DNA of 62,156 bases, counting the filler, from Polymyxa betae A26-41 (lineage: Eukaryota > Protista > Endomyxa: Phytomyxea): the NCBI GenBank assembly GCA_003693705.1. It is 4 parts of 4 records of this genome, joined end to end, with 100 filler letters (N's around TTAATTAATTAA, not from the genome) between each part and the next. Parts side by side here need not be neighbours in the genome. Positions count along the whole stretch, not along the records: positions 1 to 31,962 come from RBZT01000560.1; 3 more parts are not named here. One strand, 5' to 3'. The notes beneath the pieces are model-generated. The model made no database searches, was not told the DNA's origin, and saw nothing but the letters and a program-made list of their open reading frames with translations. Of this stretch, positions 1-13,510 are shown piece by piece. The position numbers and the translations under genes were made by a program. Every line of letters starts with the position of its first letter. The first letter of the stretch is position 1.

Positions 1-63
1 ATCGAATAAAAATTTATCAAAAACGATTTATACAAAGCAGAAATTGACGAATGTTGGGCGTAC

Positions 64-3000
64 CTGAATTGCGGTCGTCCCGCTCGACCAGCCATCTGGA
101 TAACATCGGTGATAGGATAGTCGAGGTAGCGTCGACGGGTGGGATCGAAAAATTCGGTGCCTTTTATAACCACAAGATGGGCGGGAAGATTAACACCTGA
201 TCGTGCTCAGGAGACATAAAAGGACGCGAACAGTAGACCTACCCCAAGCCAGGGTCGAAGTGCAGACCAGGACTTGAATTTGGCCGCGTTCAAACAGCGA
301 TTCAACCAAGCGACGATCATGATCGCAAAGCCCTATGGCGTGCAACTTAACAAACACAATCTCGAGTCTCCTGCACATATCAAACCTGCATGATGTAGCC
401 CGATACCGAACTCCAGGACGTGACGAAGGCAGTCGTCCGATACCGTTTCAAGAGCCAGCGCCAAATCGTGCCGCTCCATGTGAAGAAACTTATGCGGATT
501 GCCATCAGCAACAGTAAGAGATATGAGGCCTATGATGAATGAGACTACTGAGTGCAAGCAGATGAAAATGATCATACCGTATGCAGTCAGTCGAGTTTGA
601 CGTCGCGATGATACGAACACAAGTGCGGGTTTGTCAAAGGCATACGCCATGATTGACTATAACGTATCAAACTCTCAACGTTAGAATAAGAGCGGGGGGC
701 TGAAAACTCACGGCATAGGCCGGCTTGTTCAGCATCTGCATGCGTGGACAGTAATGACGGGAGCCCGGAAATCCCGAAATGTGAATCGACAAAGCTGAGG
801 CCGAATCAACAAAAGTTGAAGCAAGAATACACAAAAAGAAACCAATCCGTGAAAAGGGTCGTCAAATATTAAAACATACGCGTTGGTCGAACGACAGGAT
901 GGAAGTTGTAAAGGGCGCGCGAATCGATATGCATCCAATCAGCAACATCGTTGGCATTGGCCAAGGACGTAGACAAGCCCACGATTCTGATCTTGTCTCC
1001 GGTGACACTCGACATGAAATGCAGACGGGAGACAATCACCTATTGAACAGAAACAGGTTGAGCAAAGAAACGATCTCTATATGATGACAAACCTCAAGAA
1101 TTGGACCTCGGTCACCGCCAAGCAGGTGAAGTTCGTCAATGATCACAAGACCGACCTGACGGATATAGCTGCGATCACGCCATCGTCGAGACAATGAATC
1201 AAACTTTTCCGGTGTCGTTACAATCACATGGGCACGACGTAGTTCGTCACCTCGTACCGAAATCCCTCCTTGTTGAACATAGAATCAGAAGCAGAGACAA
1301 CAAGCTAAAAAAATTCAACAACCAACAATGCGAAGGCGATTGGCAAGAGACGTCCCAGCAATCATTATGGATGATAAAACAGCAAACGGAAACCAAAGGA
1401 AAAAAATGAAACCGCCAGCCGTCATTTCGTACTGCAACGTACCTGTGATTTCAACAACGTTCAAACCCAAGATGTTCCCGAGTGACAGACGCCAGTTGAT
1501 GAGGCGCTCACGAGCCAGGGCTTTCAGCGGGGCGATATAAACAACACTGAATACTCGTGTTGGAGTGATTTGGAGTGAACTCGGATGATTTTTAAAACAA
1601 ATAAAATATCAATGGGATAACGATAGCTTGGGCATGGAACAAAGGGGCTGTAAACACAAACAAAACAACATTTTCTAAAAAATAACAGTAAGTAAATACT
1701 GGACACAAGCAGTGGGCGGTCTGTGAGCTGAATGTTAAGGTACCTTTTGTCAGGAGCGTCCCGAAGTAGCTTCAGAATGGCCAGCTCTGCCACAATCGTT
1801 TTACCACTACCGGTTGGGGCCCCAAGAAGAACGTTTGAGTCGTGATGATACAGCATGTGAAAGCATTGCGTTTGAACAGTATTGAACTGGATCCACATCA
1901 TTCAGAGATCTGAACGCTGTATGCCATTCCAACGATCATTCAAAAACCGACCTGGCCGAATTGATAAAGTCGCTCGAAGCGCGGATTATGTAATGCTGAT
2001 ACAGGAAGCGGATGCAAATCGAGAAGGGGAGTGTGTCCAAAGTCTGCACCAAGTTCAATCGGAATGATGAAGGTTAATACGCCCACAACATGAAGAGAAA
2101 TCGAAAACACAAAAAAAAGTTCAGGACAAAAGACCAATCAACGTCCGAAACGACACAAACAAGAAATCAAAATGACTAACTTTCAGGCGGGACGACGACG
2201 CCATCAAAGTCAAGACGAGTGGCTGTCTCACTGCCAAGCCACAAATCGCTGTCGACAGAAACGAACAGATCCGTCGGCAAAGCCTCCTGCGATGAAACCG
2301 AAACATAGAACTCGGTTGACAGGTGGCCCTGGACATAATCTTCATGGCGCATCAGAACCTAAATGGCAACAGCATTGATCAGGCAACATTCAAACAAACT
2401 TCGAAGATAAATCTGCTAGAAGCACAAGAAACCCAAATCTCCTGGCGGGAGTCAAAAGTAAGCAATGATACCTCTTCAGCATGATGGACACGATCATAGG
2501 AATCTGCCTCAAAAGCAAGGAATCGAAACCCCTGAACCGACCCGTGCAGACGATCGGACCAGACGAAGTCCGGTTCGAAACGGATAGCGATCCTGTGATC
2601 AAGTCAGCGCCTTTCAAGCACAATATGAGCAGAACCAACTTGCAGACTGTTGCATTAATTGGTTGAATGTGCCAATGGATAACGAGTCGGGGAACGAGTC
2701 GGGCGGCGCGAAGAATCAGCGGCCCATGGCGGACGGAAGGCAGCAGAGCAGATAAATCTTCCACCCGATCCGTCATCGATAGTATCGTCGAGAACGTTAT
2801 GTCTCGCTGCTCGACCTATTCGTGTCAGGAATTAGACTCTAAACCAAAAGTTCCAATTCTCTAACGACGAAATAATTTCACTTTTGTGATGACGAAAGAA
2901 GCAGCTCCCCAACCCATAGAAAAAGGGAAAACAAGCGAATAACGTTAATTGAAATCCCTAAATAACTGACAACAAGAAAGATGAAACGAAAGTGCACAAA

Positions 3001-6000
3001 TATATGGAAACGGAACAATAAACAAAAGATGCCCAGCAAAATCATTGGAGCCAAGTTCCTACCTCATATGCAAGCTCATCAGGGATGGTGGGACCAGCTG
3101 ATCCAGAAGGGAACTGCCGGAGCGGCGTCTCCCAATCCCACATACGTCGCTCGATCATTTTGCAGAAGGTGAGAAATCTCAGGCAGACATGCGACCAGCC
3201 TCGTTTCATGGTGATCTCATATAAAGCGCGACAAATCCTCCCAGCACTGCATCATAGTCAAAACAAGTCTCGAATGCATTGTCGCACCGAACTAGACCTT
3301 TGGATGATGTAGTTGGTGTCAGAGACCAGCGATGACATTGATGGACGATGTCGAGATATATAAGCCTGTAGAAACATTGTAAGTTGCGGAATCGCTGTTT
3401 AGATCAGATAAAAAATGGAGCAGAGAAAACGTAATCACCCCGAAGCTAAACGGAAAAATCTCGACCTGTAAGAGGACGTTTACTTTATCCTGAGGCGTAT
3501 CGAGATTCTTCACCGGAATCGGGCATGACGAGATGCGAAGCTCCTCAAGTTCATCGATCTCCTCATTGCGGACCTTAACCTGGACGAATTCTATTGATGA
3601 CGCCAATGTTCGAAGAATGACATCATCGTCGCAGACGCTTGGGTTCAGGATTTTGAGATAGACCTCAATTGAGGCATGCGAAATGTAAAAGAACGATGCC
3701 GTACGACCAAGATCGGTGGGCATAAAAACATCGGACTGGGCCGGCACCACCAGCATTCGGCATTGAACTAATCGCCGAACAGCAGAATCAATGAGAGTGC
3801 GACGATGTCCGGCTAAGGTTGGATCTTGGAGCAGCTCGGCGTAGTTGATGCCGTAATGCTGTGGGTTACGTTGCATTCGTATATACAAATATGTGTAACT
3901 GAGCAAGACATAGAGATCAGAAACCAACGAAAAGGTATGAAAGAGAAAAGAAACCCCGATGTGAACGTAATGCAAAGCGTTAAAAAAAATCTTGTAGAGT
4001 AAGAAGCAAGGGAGAACCGAATGATAACCAAAGAAAAGATGAATTGAACAGTCTGGAAAAATGTGGTAGTTTTAGGGCGGACATTTGTCGCATCATGGTC
4101 GAGTCCAGCATCAATAGAAACATTCGGCACGAAGCGAAACGAATGATAGGAAGGTAGAGAATGAAAGAAAGAATTAAACCCCGCCAAGATAGCGAAAAAT
4201 TCTAGCCGAAAGTACAGAAACGAAAGCGCATAATGAGATGCTGACCTAATCCATCGTTGGGCTTCGGTGATATTGGCGACAGTGCCAAGGTTGATCTCGG
4301 CATTGAGATTATCGACCAAGGTTTCATTCAGCTTACTCTCAATCGGCATCGCCTTCACGAACAAGCGCAAATACCGGGGCAGAGCGTCGCCCTGTGTGAT
4401 GATAATGCCTTCACCACTCGTGTCGTACTGTGGCCGACCTGACGAGGTAATAATTATGCATCGAATAATAAGACATTGAAAGGGATAACCAAGAACCAAT
4501 AGTAACAAAAGAAGAAATAAGAAAAGGCTTTGAGAAAATAAGCACGAAGTAAGAGATGAATTAGCCAAGCAACGAATGCAACGAATAATTCAATGATATA
4601 AGAGAAGCTCAACTCTGAACATCGACTCACCAGCACGGCCGAATATCTGCATGACGTCCAGCATAGACAAATCGATATAGCCACCTTGAGCTGCAGAATA
4701 GATCTGCGTGCCTTTAATGATAACGGTGTGGGCAGGCAGGTTGACGCCCCAGGCCAATGTGGCGGTGGTCACCAGGATCCTCAAGACCCCTAGCTCGAAC
4801 ATGTTTTCAACAAGCGTGCGATCATGACGGAACATGCCGGCATTGTGTATCCCAATCCCATAGGCTGACAGATATTTCAAGTCCTGATTGGAACAGCGAG
4901 CAAACTTCAGCTTGGCATCAACGTATTTAGTGTTGCTGAGGGCAGCTTCAATCACGCTCAAGGTATCGTTCTGCTGCGATAGTTCGATCATGGCTTGGGC
5001 TGTTTGAATGGTGTCCTTCCGCGAATGCACGAAAATCATAACCTAGATAGATAGTTGAGGAGAGCGAACACACCAACAGCAATATTAGTTATATACCTGA
5101 TAGCCTTTGATCAGAGCCTCGATCAGCTTTTGATGACAAACCTCATTCAACAGAGCTTGTCGGCGCACCGAGTTCGGATGATTGATACCAATGAATGTTT
5201 GCTGAAGTGGTACTGGCCTATATGTCTGATCGAACGCTAGCAGGCCTAAGCAGATCAGTAAACTGAAACGCAGGTAGACGCTCGAAACGTTTAGGATCAA
5301 AGAAAACGTCTAGGCAAGACATTTACAGCAAGATTATTTCAGAAGCGTATTAGCCCCAACACAGCAAACAATTTAAATATGCCAAAGTGGCGTAGAAATA
5401 GAAAAGGAGCAGTATGTGAAAAGCTGCAAAATAGTGCACCTTTTTCTGGATTAACGCGAAGGAAAGTAGCAACATCGGCGTAATTAGGTAATGTAGCGCT
5501 GAGACCGACAATCCGAATCATTGATTGCGAAGACTCCACCTGACGGACTGTTCGCGCCACAAGAACTTCAATCACTGAGCCTCGAGTATCATGGAGAATG
5601 TGAACCTAAGCGATCTCAAGAGGCTGGATTAGCGTATGATAAAGAATTGCAGACATGAGTATAAAGGGAGAAATAATGACGATACACATGAAAGACACGA
5701 GAATTCCCAAACAATCTTTGTAAATTGAAGGTGAAATCAAGAAACCGAAGCAAGAAAAAAGTGACATTGAGAAATCTTCGATGCAATCTACACCAGAGCG
5801 ATGAGAAACAGTGCGATAATACGCTGAATTCAAAAGCATCAATGCTCAAATGACGGAGAAGCTAAGAGATAATGGCAACCTCGTCAAAGATGAGGAGACG
5901 GACGAGGCTGATGAGATCATTGCTTTTTCTTGTAATGACATCCCATTTCTCAGGCGTGGTTACAATGATGTGTGTCTCTTCGATCTCTCGCTTGCTGAGC

Positions 6001-8689
6001 TGCATATCACCAGTTAACTCCTTCACTTTGAGGCCCAAGAAACGCAATGCCCGCGAGAACTTCTCGACAATCTCCTGAGCGAGAGCTTTCATCGGGGCAA
6101 TATAAACGATCTGTGGCAGATTAAGTTAAGCGAAATTGCTACTAGTGAAGATGAGTCTGGCACAAAAAGACGCGCAAGTAAAAATCACATAAATGGTCAA
6201 AACAAACTTGAAATTAAATTGCTATATTATGAGTGTAGAACTGATAAACAACAGAATGACGCCCTTTTCTGAAGGCGAATAAAGAGAAAGAGTAGACATG
6301 AACGGTGTGAATAGAGTATATAACCTTGAAAAGATCAGCAGTCAACGAGCCCAAAGGGACATGATTATTACGTAGTAGCGGTCCTACATGTTGCTTGACT
6401 TCGTGAAGAATGCACAGTAAAGCAACATTTGTCTTTCCTGTAACAAGAATCAGAGCACGTTCTGGAATGAATAAAAAAACTTGAATTGTGGGAGGACGTT
6501 TAAATCAGATGACATTCCAGCTGCATGAACGACAATGAGAAATCAGATTACCAGCTCCAGTTGGCGCACAGACCAGCAAATTCTCGTTCGTTGAGTACGC
6601 GGGTCCCAAACATCGCGACTGCATTCGATTAAACTGAGTGACGCCTGAGAATGCTGGTCGAGCCCAGATATCGATTTCCGTGATGGATTTCAGTTCGGAT
6701 TCATATTCGGCACGAGGCAACGGCGTCTTGGCAGGAATCGTGACCTGCTCCCAGCCCTCGAAATGTTCGCGAAAAACGTCTTCACCAAGGGTTCGTTTCT
6801 GGTTTCCTGTTCCTAAACCCCAGACGATTCAGATGAGACCATTACAGCGGAAACTCCTCTACCGAAATCTGCATTGCGGAAAGATGAAATGAAATCGTCT
6901 TCATCGTCCTCGTCGGGCAATCGCTGAAGACCGTCAGTCCATACAGACAGCAAAAAGCGAGGACACAGGTGACTTAAAAAGTCTCTGATAACAAAAAAGA
7001 GTGAAAGTTTCTGATAATGAAAAAATGAGAGAGCTCGCCAGAAGGTTAAAGGGCCGAGATACGTCAAGGGAAAGAGACAGGAGAGAGCAAGCGTAGCGAA
7101 GATAAGAAAAAATGCTACCTGGTCGGGGAGAGGATTTGGATTTGGACGTGTCTGACGAGTGAACCGGCGCTGTTGCTGGCGATTCTTTCGATTGCGTTGC
7201 TTGGAGGTTTCGGACGTTACAGACAGCTAACGATATCAGATCAACAAAGTCGGAAATATTCTTGGAAAAAAACACTCTAATAGAACAGCCAGATTACAGA
7301 GATGAAATGGGAATGATAAAGCGTAATCCCACAGAAAAACAAAACAATCGCAATCAAAAAGCTGTAACCACCCAACTTGTGTGTGAAACAAAATCTCAAA
7401 TACATGAACGGTACCATGGAATGAGGGACAGCTTTCTCAGAGGCAGCATCCATATCGAGTTGTTGTAAGGCATTTCGCAGGGCTGAGCGTTTCTGGATTA
7501 TGCCGACGATATCGTCAAATCCGTCGGCGCCTAACAGATCAAACAGTGACAGCTGGATCTCGTCGTCGCTTTTATTAGACGAAACAGTCTGAAAACAATC
7601 AGCACGGTAATCAATGTGATGTTCAGTTTTCGGCAAAATGTTAAATGAAAACTGGGATTGAAGACATAGCGCGTTCGTGAGAAATGAATGAGATAGTAAT
7701 CCGGATCAAAACAAAAACAGCACAAAAAAATCCATAAAACGTTCTTCTAAAATAATTCAGACGGAATCAGTACTGACATTAGCAATTTCAGTAAACAGAG
7801 ATTTAGCTGAAAGTAGGACAGAGCCGTCATTGTTATAGCGTTCCAAACGCTCGCAGACCTGATAGAGCCATTCGGGAGCGTTTTCGCCATCATCCTGTCC
7901 ATCGTCTAACTCAGATATATACCAAAATTATGAAAATTGTTTGACATTCGTAGGCGGCAAGGCTCCATCATCAGAGGTAGGTTTAGCGCCATGAGCGATG
8001 CCGTCGGCGTCTCGGCCCACAACGTCCAGCAACTGACCCAATTCAACAACAGAGTCCGAGTTAACGTCGGAAAATGGTTGGAAGGTATCGACAGAGTTGT
8101 GTGAGAATGAAGCAATATCTTTATACCATCCATATGCCATATCAGTGCCTGAATGAGGAACAATGCGACATTACTGATAATAGTAACAGGTGAAAAGACT
8201 GGGAAATTGGCATAACGAAAGAAAAATAGCAGGGTCGATGACGCTAAACTGGCAATAACAAAATCTATTGCGATCTAATAAAGCGAAAAATGAATGACTC
8301 AAATTCCGGGCTGGATTGAAAGCTCGTTAAAAATGCAAAGAAGCAAATAAGTGACAATGTAACAATCTGAGCTTACTGTATCGGTCGGGGTGATCATCAA
8401 CAAATTCCAGAAACAGTTCTTTAGATAGAACAGAGACACCCAAGCTATAAAAAAGAGCCATGGAATGCGGCGATCGACAAGATTTCAGCCAAGAAAACAG
8501 CTTACGTCTCTTGTCATTAAGAGATGCAGGAAGGATCGGGTCATCGACATCTGCATCATGGTTGTCAATGCAGTCAGTGATGCCAATCACGCCACAAGTA
8601 CATGTGTATTGGTTAGCAAGAGCAACAGATTTGCAGGGTCGATTTGTGGCCTCAGCGCGGCGAAGAGCCGAAGACAAAGCGCTGGGCAT
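64..8689 (-). CDS. ASCC3: ASCC3/Slh1-type Ski2-like dual-cassette helicase, multi-exon, 3' end beyond window start
   Basis: Cassette 1: [78 protein letters not shown], Sec63 region [12 protein letters not shown]. Cassette 2: [39 protein letters not shown]-terminus [11 protein letters not shown] resembles ASCC3 rather than Brr2. Introns checked were GT-AG. Confidence 0.92.
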
Positions 8690-9122
8690 TGGGCGATCTC
8701 TTCAGAAAAACATCTGATCGAATCTTCCGCAAATTTCGATAACTCAGCCCAAATTTTTTTTACAACAGCGGGGGCACTTTTTCTGTGGTGAATTTTTTTG
8801 ATTACGGACAAATTTGACGATCGGATCGACAGATGAAATTGTCATGACCGGAGTTTTAGCCAGGCATGATTCTTTAAAAAATATGAACTCTATTCTGCCC
8901 ATAATACACTCGTTACGTAACAAAGACAAGATAGAGAAATACCTGCCCAGTGCCGAAAGAGTACAATACAAAAAAAGGCTTGAATTGATCTTTGTGAACG
9001 TCGCATTTTTCAAGAAAGTCAAGTGACCGGAATGTGGTCAGCCGTGCCTGACAGCAAACAGAGAAGGCAACCTTAAAGATAAATGACAGATAGACATGAG
9101 GCATATGAGGCCCGACAGTATA

Positions 9123-12106
9123 TTAAGGAGACATAGACATATCATTATCCTCAGATCTGATCCAGGTAGAACGAGGCGTTCTGGACGATCTCAGCTGACG
9201 AATCTCTTTTTGCAGAGCGCGGGCTTCGTCGTTGGCGCTGGACTCCATTAACCGCGAACAGCAGTGTTCGGCTTCGGTCAGCTTTCCGACCGATTTGTAG
9301 TACTCAGATAGGAAAAGCAATGCTTCGACCGCATCGGCGCTGAGCGACGCACCGCAAACCGGGGCCAGTTCCGGGTCACGCGAGGTACTACGATGCTGAT
9401 CGTCGAATTTGGCCAACAACTTCTTATAGTAATGAACAGCCTACAGAAGATGTCAGCAAGAGCGAAGACCATTGACAGTTTTTGCAATTCTGAAAATCTA
9501 GAAATGTCACAACTGAAATGCGCAATCAACCTTGAGAAAACTTTTCAAAGTAAACTGAGAATGAAATTAGCAGTGAGAAATGGCCTAAAGTAGCACCTTC
9601 TTGGTTTCATTTGCTGCAGCATACAGTTTGGCCAGCTTCGCAACGGCAACCCCTTCCCGGTCGTCGTTCGCTTCAGCGCGACGAAAGCAGCGAATGGCGT
9701 CGTCGATTAGGTCGAGTTTCTCGTAGGCGTCTGCCATGGCGCACCACATGCGTGGATCGAACGGCCGAACCTGAGTTGCTTTCCCGAAATAATACAGCGC
9801 GAATGTATGCATCTAATATCGTAAATCAAATTGCTGTCAGAATTGAAAACTAGAATATTCTGAGATTGATTAAACGATGGATATATAAGCAAAGAGCGAC
9901 CCTTTGTTAAACAATGTTGAGCATTTAGCGAACTTGAAATGACAAAATTGATATTAATTGGCAATGTTGAGAAAGAGCCCGAAATAAAAGTCACCTGTAA
10001 AAGCTCATAAGCTTGGCCTAGACCGTACCAGGCTCGATAATCGCGGGCATCGATCTCCACAGCACGCCGGTACGCATTGATTGCTGCCGACTAATAAAAG
10101 TATTCAATTCCCAGCAACGGAAAGCCCATCATACCGACAGTGTTTCGAAGCTCGACGTATTCGTGTCCCATCAAAGTCCAAGCGCTGAGGTATGATGGTG
10201 AGAGACGCAGCGCTCGCTGGAAGTACAGCACAGCCTTTTCGTGATCACATTTCAGCGAGTAGTAATTGCCGATGATGCAGCACGTCTCCGGGCAATACTG
10301 GAGCCATCTTCTCAGAATGAGCGCAGAAATCGGTGCAGAAAAGTATTGAAAAGAACGAATTCCAGTGAAAGTTTAAAACAGAAAAAAGGAGTTCGTTTGC
10401 AATTACAGCAGCATATTTTCGCTGCATTTGACTACAAACTAAGGTTGACGAGGTAAAAGCAAAATTAACGAAAATTTCAAGGTAAAAAATCAGAAAGAGG
10501 GAGAAATGGATGGCTTACTTTGTCAATCTTGACAGCGTTATGTGCCAAATAGGACAGCGCTCCTTTGTTCTCTTTGACGAACAGTATGTTCGAGTAGGTA
10601 TCCATATGGTCCAGCCGATCCGGATCAGTGACTCGAAGGTGCTCAAATATCGTCTGGGCTTGGTCGTAGTCACGTTCGTTGTAATGAGCTAGGGCGAGCT
10701 GCGCTCGCACGTATGGGTTCTGAAAACACGAATTCAAATTCCATCACATAAAAATAAAGACTGAAAAGCAGGCGGCAATGTAAAATGGATTTAATACGAT
10801 ACTACCCAGAGTATTTTTTTTAAGAAAAGAACAATCGAACAATATCAATTGAAAACAACATCAAGCGACGTGATATCGGTATATAATCTCACCGAAGGGA
10901 ATCGCTCTGCGATTTCATGCAATAACTTGAACGCTTCCGATGACGCATGAAGCTCGACGTAGACCTCGGCCAGGAAGAACTGAGACATCCAGTGCTCGTT
11001 CAGCATTAATGATTCTAACTAGATACCATATCATCACAACCGCATCCAATTCAACAGTAAACGGAACGTAGACGAGGAATGCACAATAATGGCGGAAAGT
11101 CGTAAAAGTCGTAAGAAAATGATGATCGAAGGAAATATCCATGGCAAATTAAGCGCGATGAAAAATTCTATAACAAAAATATTCAAGAGAGATCAGCGAA
11201 AACAGAGACGATTTGTGGCGTAGAGGCGAACTGCAAAACCAAAAATCACTTATTCAAAAAGCGGTAAAAAATTAACTTACAATCTTGACATTTGTGACCA
11301 GAGACGATAACGTCTTCCATGCGGACCAATTCCATGGAAACTGAGAGACACTCTCGAGCAGGATTTGTCGCGCTTCTTCTGCCATATCCAGATGCTTCAA
11401 TACAACCCCATAGACGAATAAACAATGGGCATCCAGGTCGCAGCATCGATGCAGGACGCTGAGCTCGTCCTTCAAACCGATCAATTCAGGATTCGACAAC
11501 AGCGATCGATCCAATTGCTCTTTCAATTCGAGCTCCTGCTCCTGCTTCCTTTTCTCTCCCTAAAACAGTTCGGGCGTTTAGACAGCGCGCTCAAACATTA
11601 CTGGAACAGTTGGGCACAAAATACTTGAAGATGAAGGAACGAAAAAAAGATTGATTGAATAAAATAAACGATAACAAGCAATTTCGTTACGAAAGGAAGG
11701 GAAAAAGTCGTAGTATGGAATCCAGGTGAAATAGATTTTCAAAAGACAAAAAGTTCAAGAAATATCCTCACCGATAAGAATTTGGAGTATGAACGTATAA
11801 AGATGGCAATTGGCGAGGAGCATGATTTTAGAGCATTGGCTGCTTGCTGATATTGCCTCAGCCCAAACAATGATTTCGCCATCGATATCGTCACAAATTC
11901 GTCATTATCGTCGTCCTCGCGAGGTGGTCGGGGCGATTTCATCTGGCACGCCGCCAGCAGATCCGACGCCCTGGCACGCACGATCAGATCCGGGACTATG
12001 ATGACACCGGTCATTTAACACACCATTTGCTGGCATCGTAGAGGCCTCGATCAAGCAGAGCGGGAAGGGCCTGGGCAAGTTCGGCGGCCACATCGGCGAC
12101 AATCAT
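9123..12106 (-). CDS. CDC23: Anaphase-promoting complex subunit 8 / CDC23 (TPR protein), multi-exon
   Basis: Exon peptides: [113 protein letters not shown] at 12106 is inferred. Confidence 0.93.
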
Positions 12107-12158
12107 TACGACGATGACGCCCACGGAGACGCAACCCTCCTTGAGATATTTAAACCCA

Positions 12159-12756
12159 GCTCGGTAATGTTACATAGTTTAGAATGAAGAGATTGCAACC
12201 AATGAGCTACCGGTAGGAGCTCACATTTAGGAGCTCTCGAAGAACTTTATATTTTCACCCTGTCTGAAGTTGTGCATATTTTCTGTTGGGCGCGATTGGG
12301 CTGGCTTTCAACAATTGTTCTAGGGTTTAAGTTACCCTACGATCGACGTTATTGACATCACGCTTACGAGAGAAATTATCTCAATTTGGCTGGCTCGATT
12401 GTACTGATATGAAGGCGGATATTCTGACGAAAGCCTGAGGATACATTCTTTTTCAATGACTACGCGGCACTCGGTCAAGTTGGAATGTTGCGGATGATAC
12501 GGATGCGGCGGCAACGGTCGTAATGACATAGCCGGGAGATGTTGCAAGCGTCATCAGCGTATTATTGCAGCGACTTTGCAACAGACGATGCCTGTTTGAA
12601 TTTTTCGCCAATTTTGTAGTTTAGCACTTCTTTTTGGATTTCCCAGATAAATGCCCAAAGATCTTCTCTCTGTTCAAAATTTATCATATCGCCCTACATT
12701 GAAATATTTCAATCGTTCTTTTAGAATCTCATTTTTTGTAAATATCTATTTTTGTT
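12159..12756 (+). repeat. ~600-bp direct repeat, copy 1 (copy 2 at 23264-23844)
   Basis: Colinear near-identity from gctcggtaatg..agaatgaagagattgca through ..aatatctatttttgtt in both copies. Confidence 0.9.
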
Positions 12757-12780
12757 CTTGATACAGAAACTGGATCTTCA

Positions 12781-13510
12781 ATGTGCAGAGAAGTTGTTGA
12801 ATTGATGTTTGAGAACGCCAGCTTTGACCATGTCAAAGTGATGGCTGATCCTGTTCAGCTGTGCCAACTGTGGATGTCTAAGTTAATCCACTGGGAATCT
12901 CGAGGTGAGCGTGGCTCCTCATGGCCACTGTTCGGCAGTAATCAAGGATTTGGGTTGCGTTGCAAAAACTGCAAGGATTTCCAGGTTGTGCTTCTGCAGG
13001 AGTTTTGTCAACTTCTTCGCCACGGTCGTCCACCAGCCAGCGGGCGGAAGCATAATGTTTTCAGTATGCCCCGAGATGCTCTGCATCAACGGGTTCGGGT
13101 TACCAAGCAAGAACATGGCTTGACCAGTGATTGCATTGACTTGAAAACCTTTCCGGTGAAGTTCAACTGCCCGGACAAGTGTGATTTCGTGCTGGACCAT
13201 TACAGCGTCAGCAACATACAAGAGCTGCTTCTGATAAGGTTTCCTCATCAGATGGAATCTGGGATGGTACGAAGCCCTAATCCTGACAAAAATAACGTGT
13301 TTCTCATTGTTTAACAGCAAATCAAGTTTGTCGACGAATTTATCGAGCCGACATCTAAGATAGCATGGCGTCTTCGAGGCTTTGTCCTTCTGTCCGAAAT
13401 CGAAGGCCAGAAACGGCTAGTGACTTACAGTTTCCGGTCATCGATGCGTTACGATAGCAGGCATGTTAAGCGGTGCGTGGATCAGGAAGTTGACATCTCC
13501 TGGCCCAGAG
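12781..13510 (+). pseudogene. Unknown intronless ORF (177 aa; frame continues past a stop), ending at a TIR element
   Basis: ORF 12781-13314 continues in frame after TAA (QQIKFVDEF..WRLRGFVLLSE..YDSRHVK) up to the TIR at 13510. No family recognised. Confidence 0.3.

Noticed and set aside
64-8689. Brr2/SNRNP200 assignment
   Set aside because: The N-terminus and the motifs VESSQSMIR and [13 protein letters not shown] fit ASCC3/Slh1 better.
64-12106. Non-canonical introns or an alternative genetic code
   Set aside because: Junctions checked by eye were GT-AG, and the housekeeping exons read had no in-frame stops.
12159-12756. 600-bp direct repeats as LTRs of an 11.7-kb retrotransposon
   Set aside because: No TG..CA ends, PBS, PPT, TSD or internal pol.
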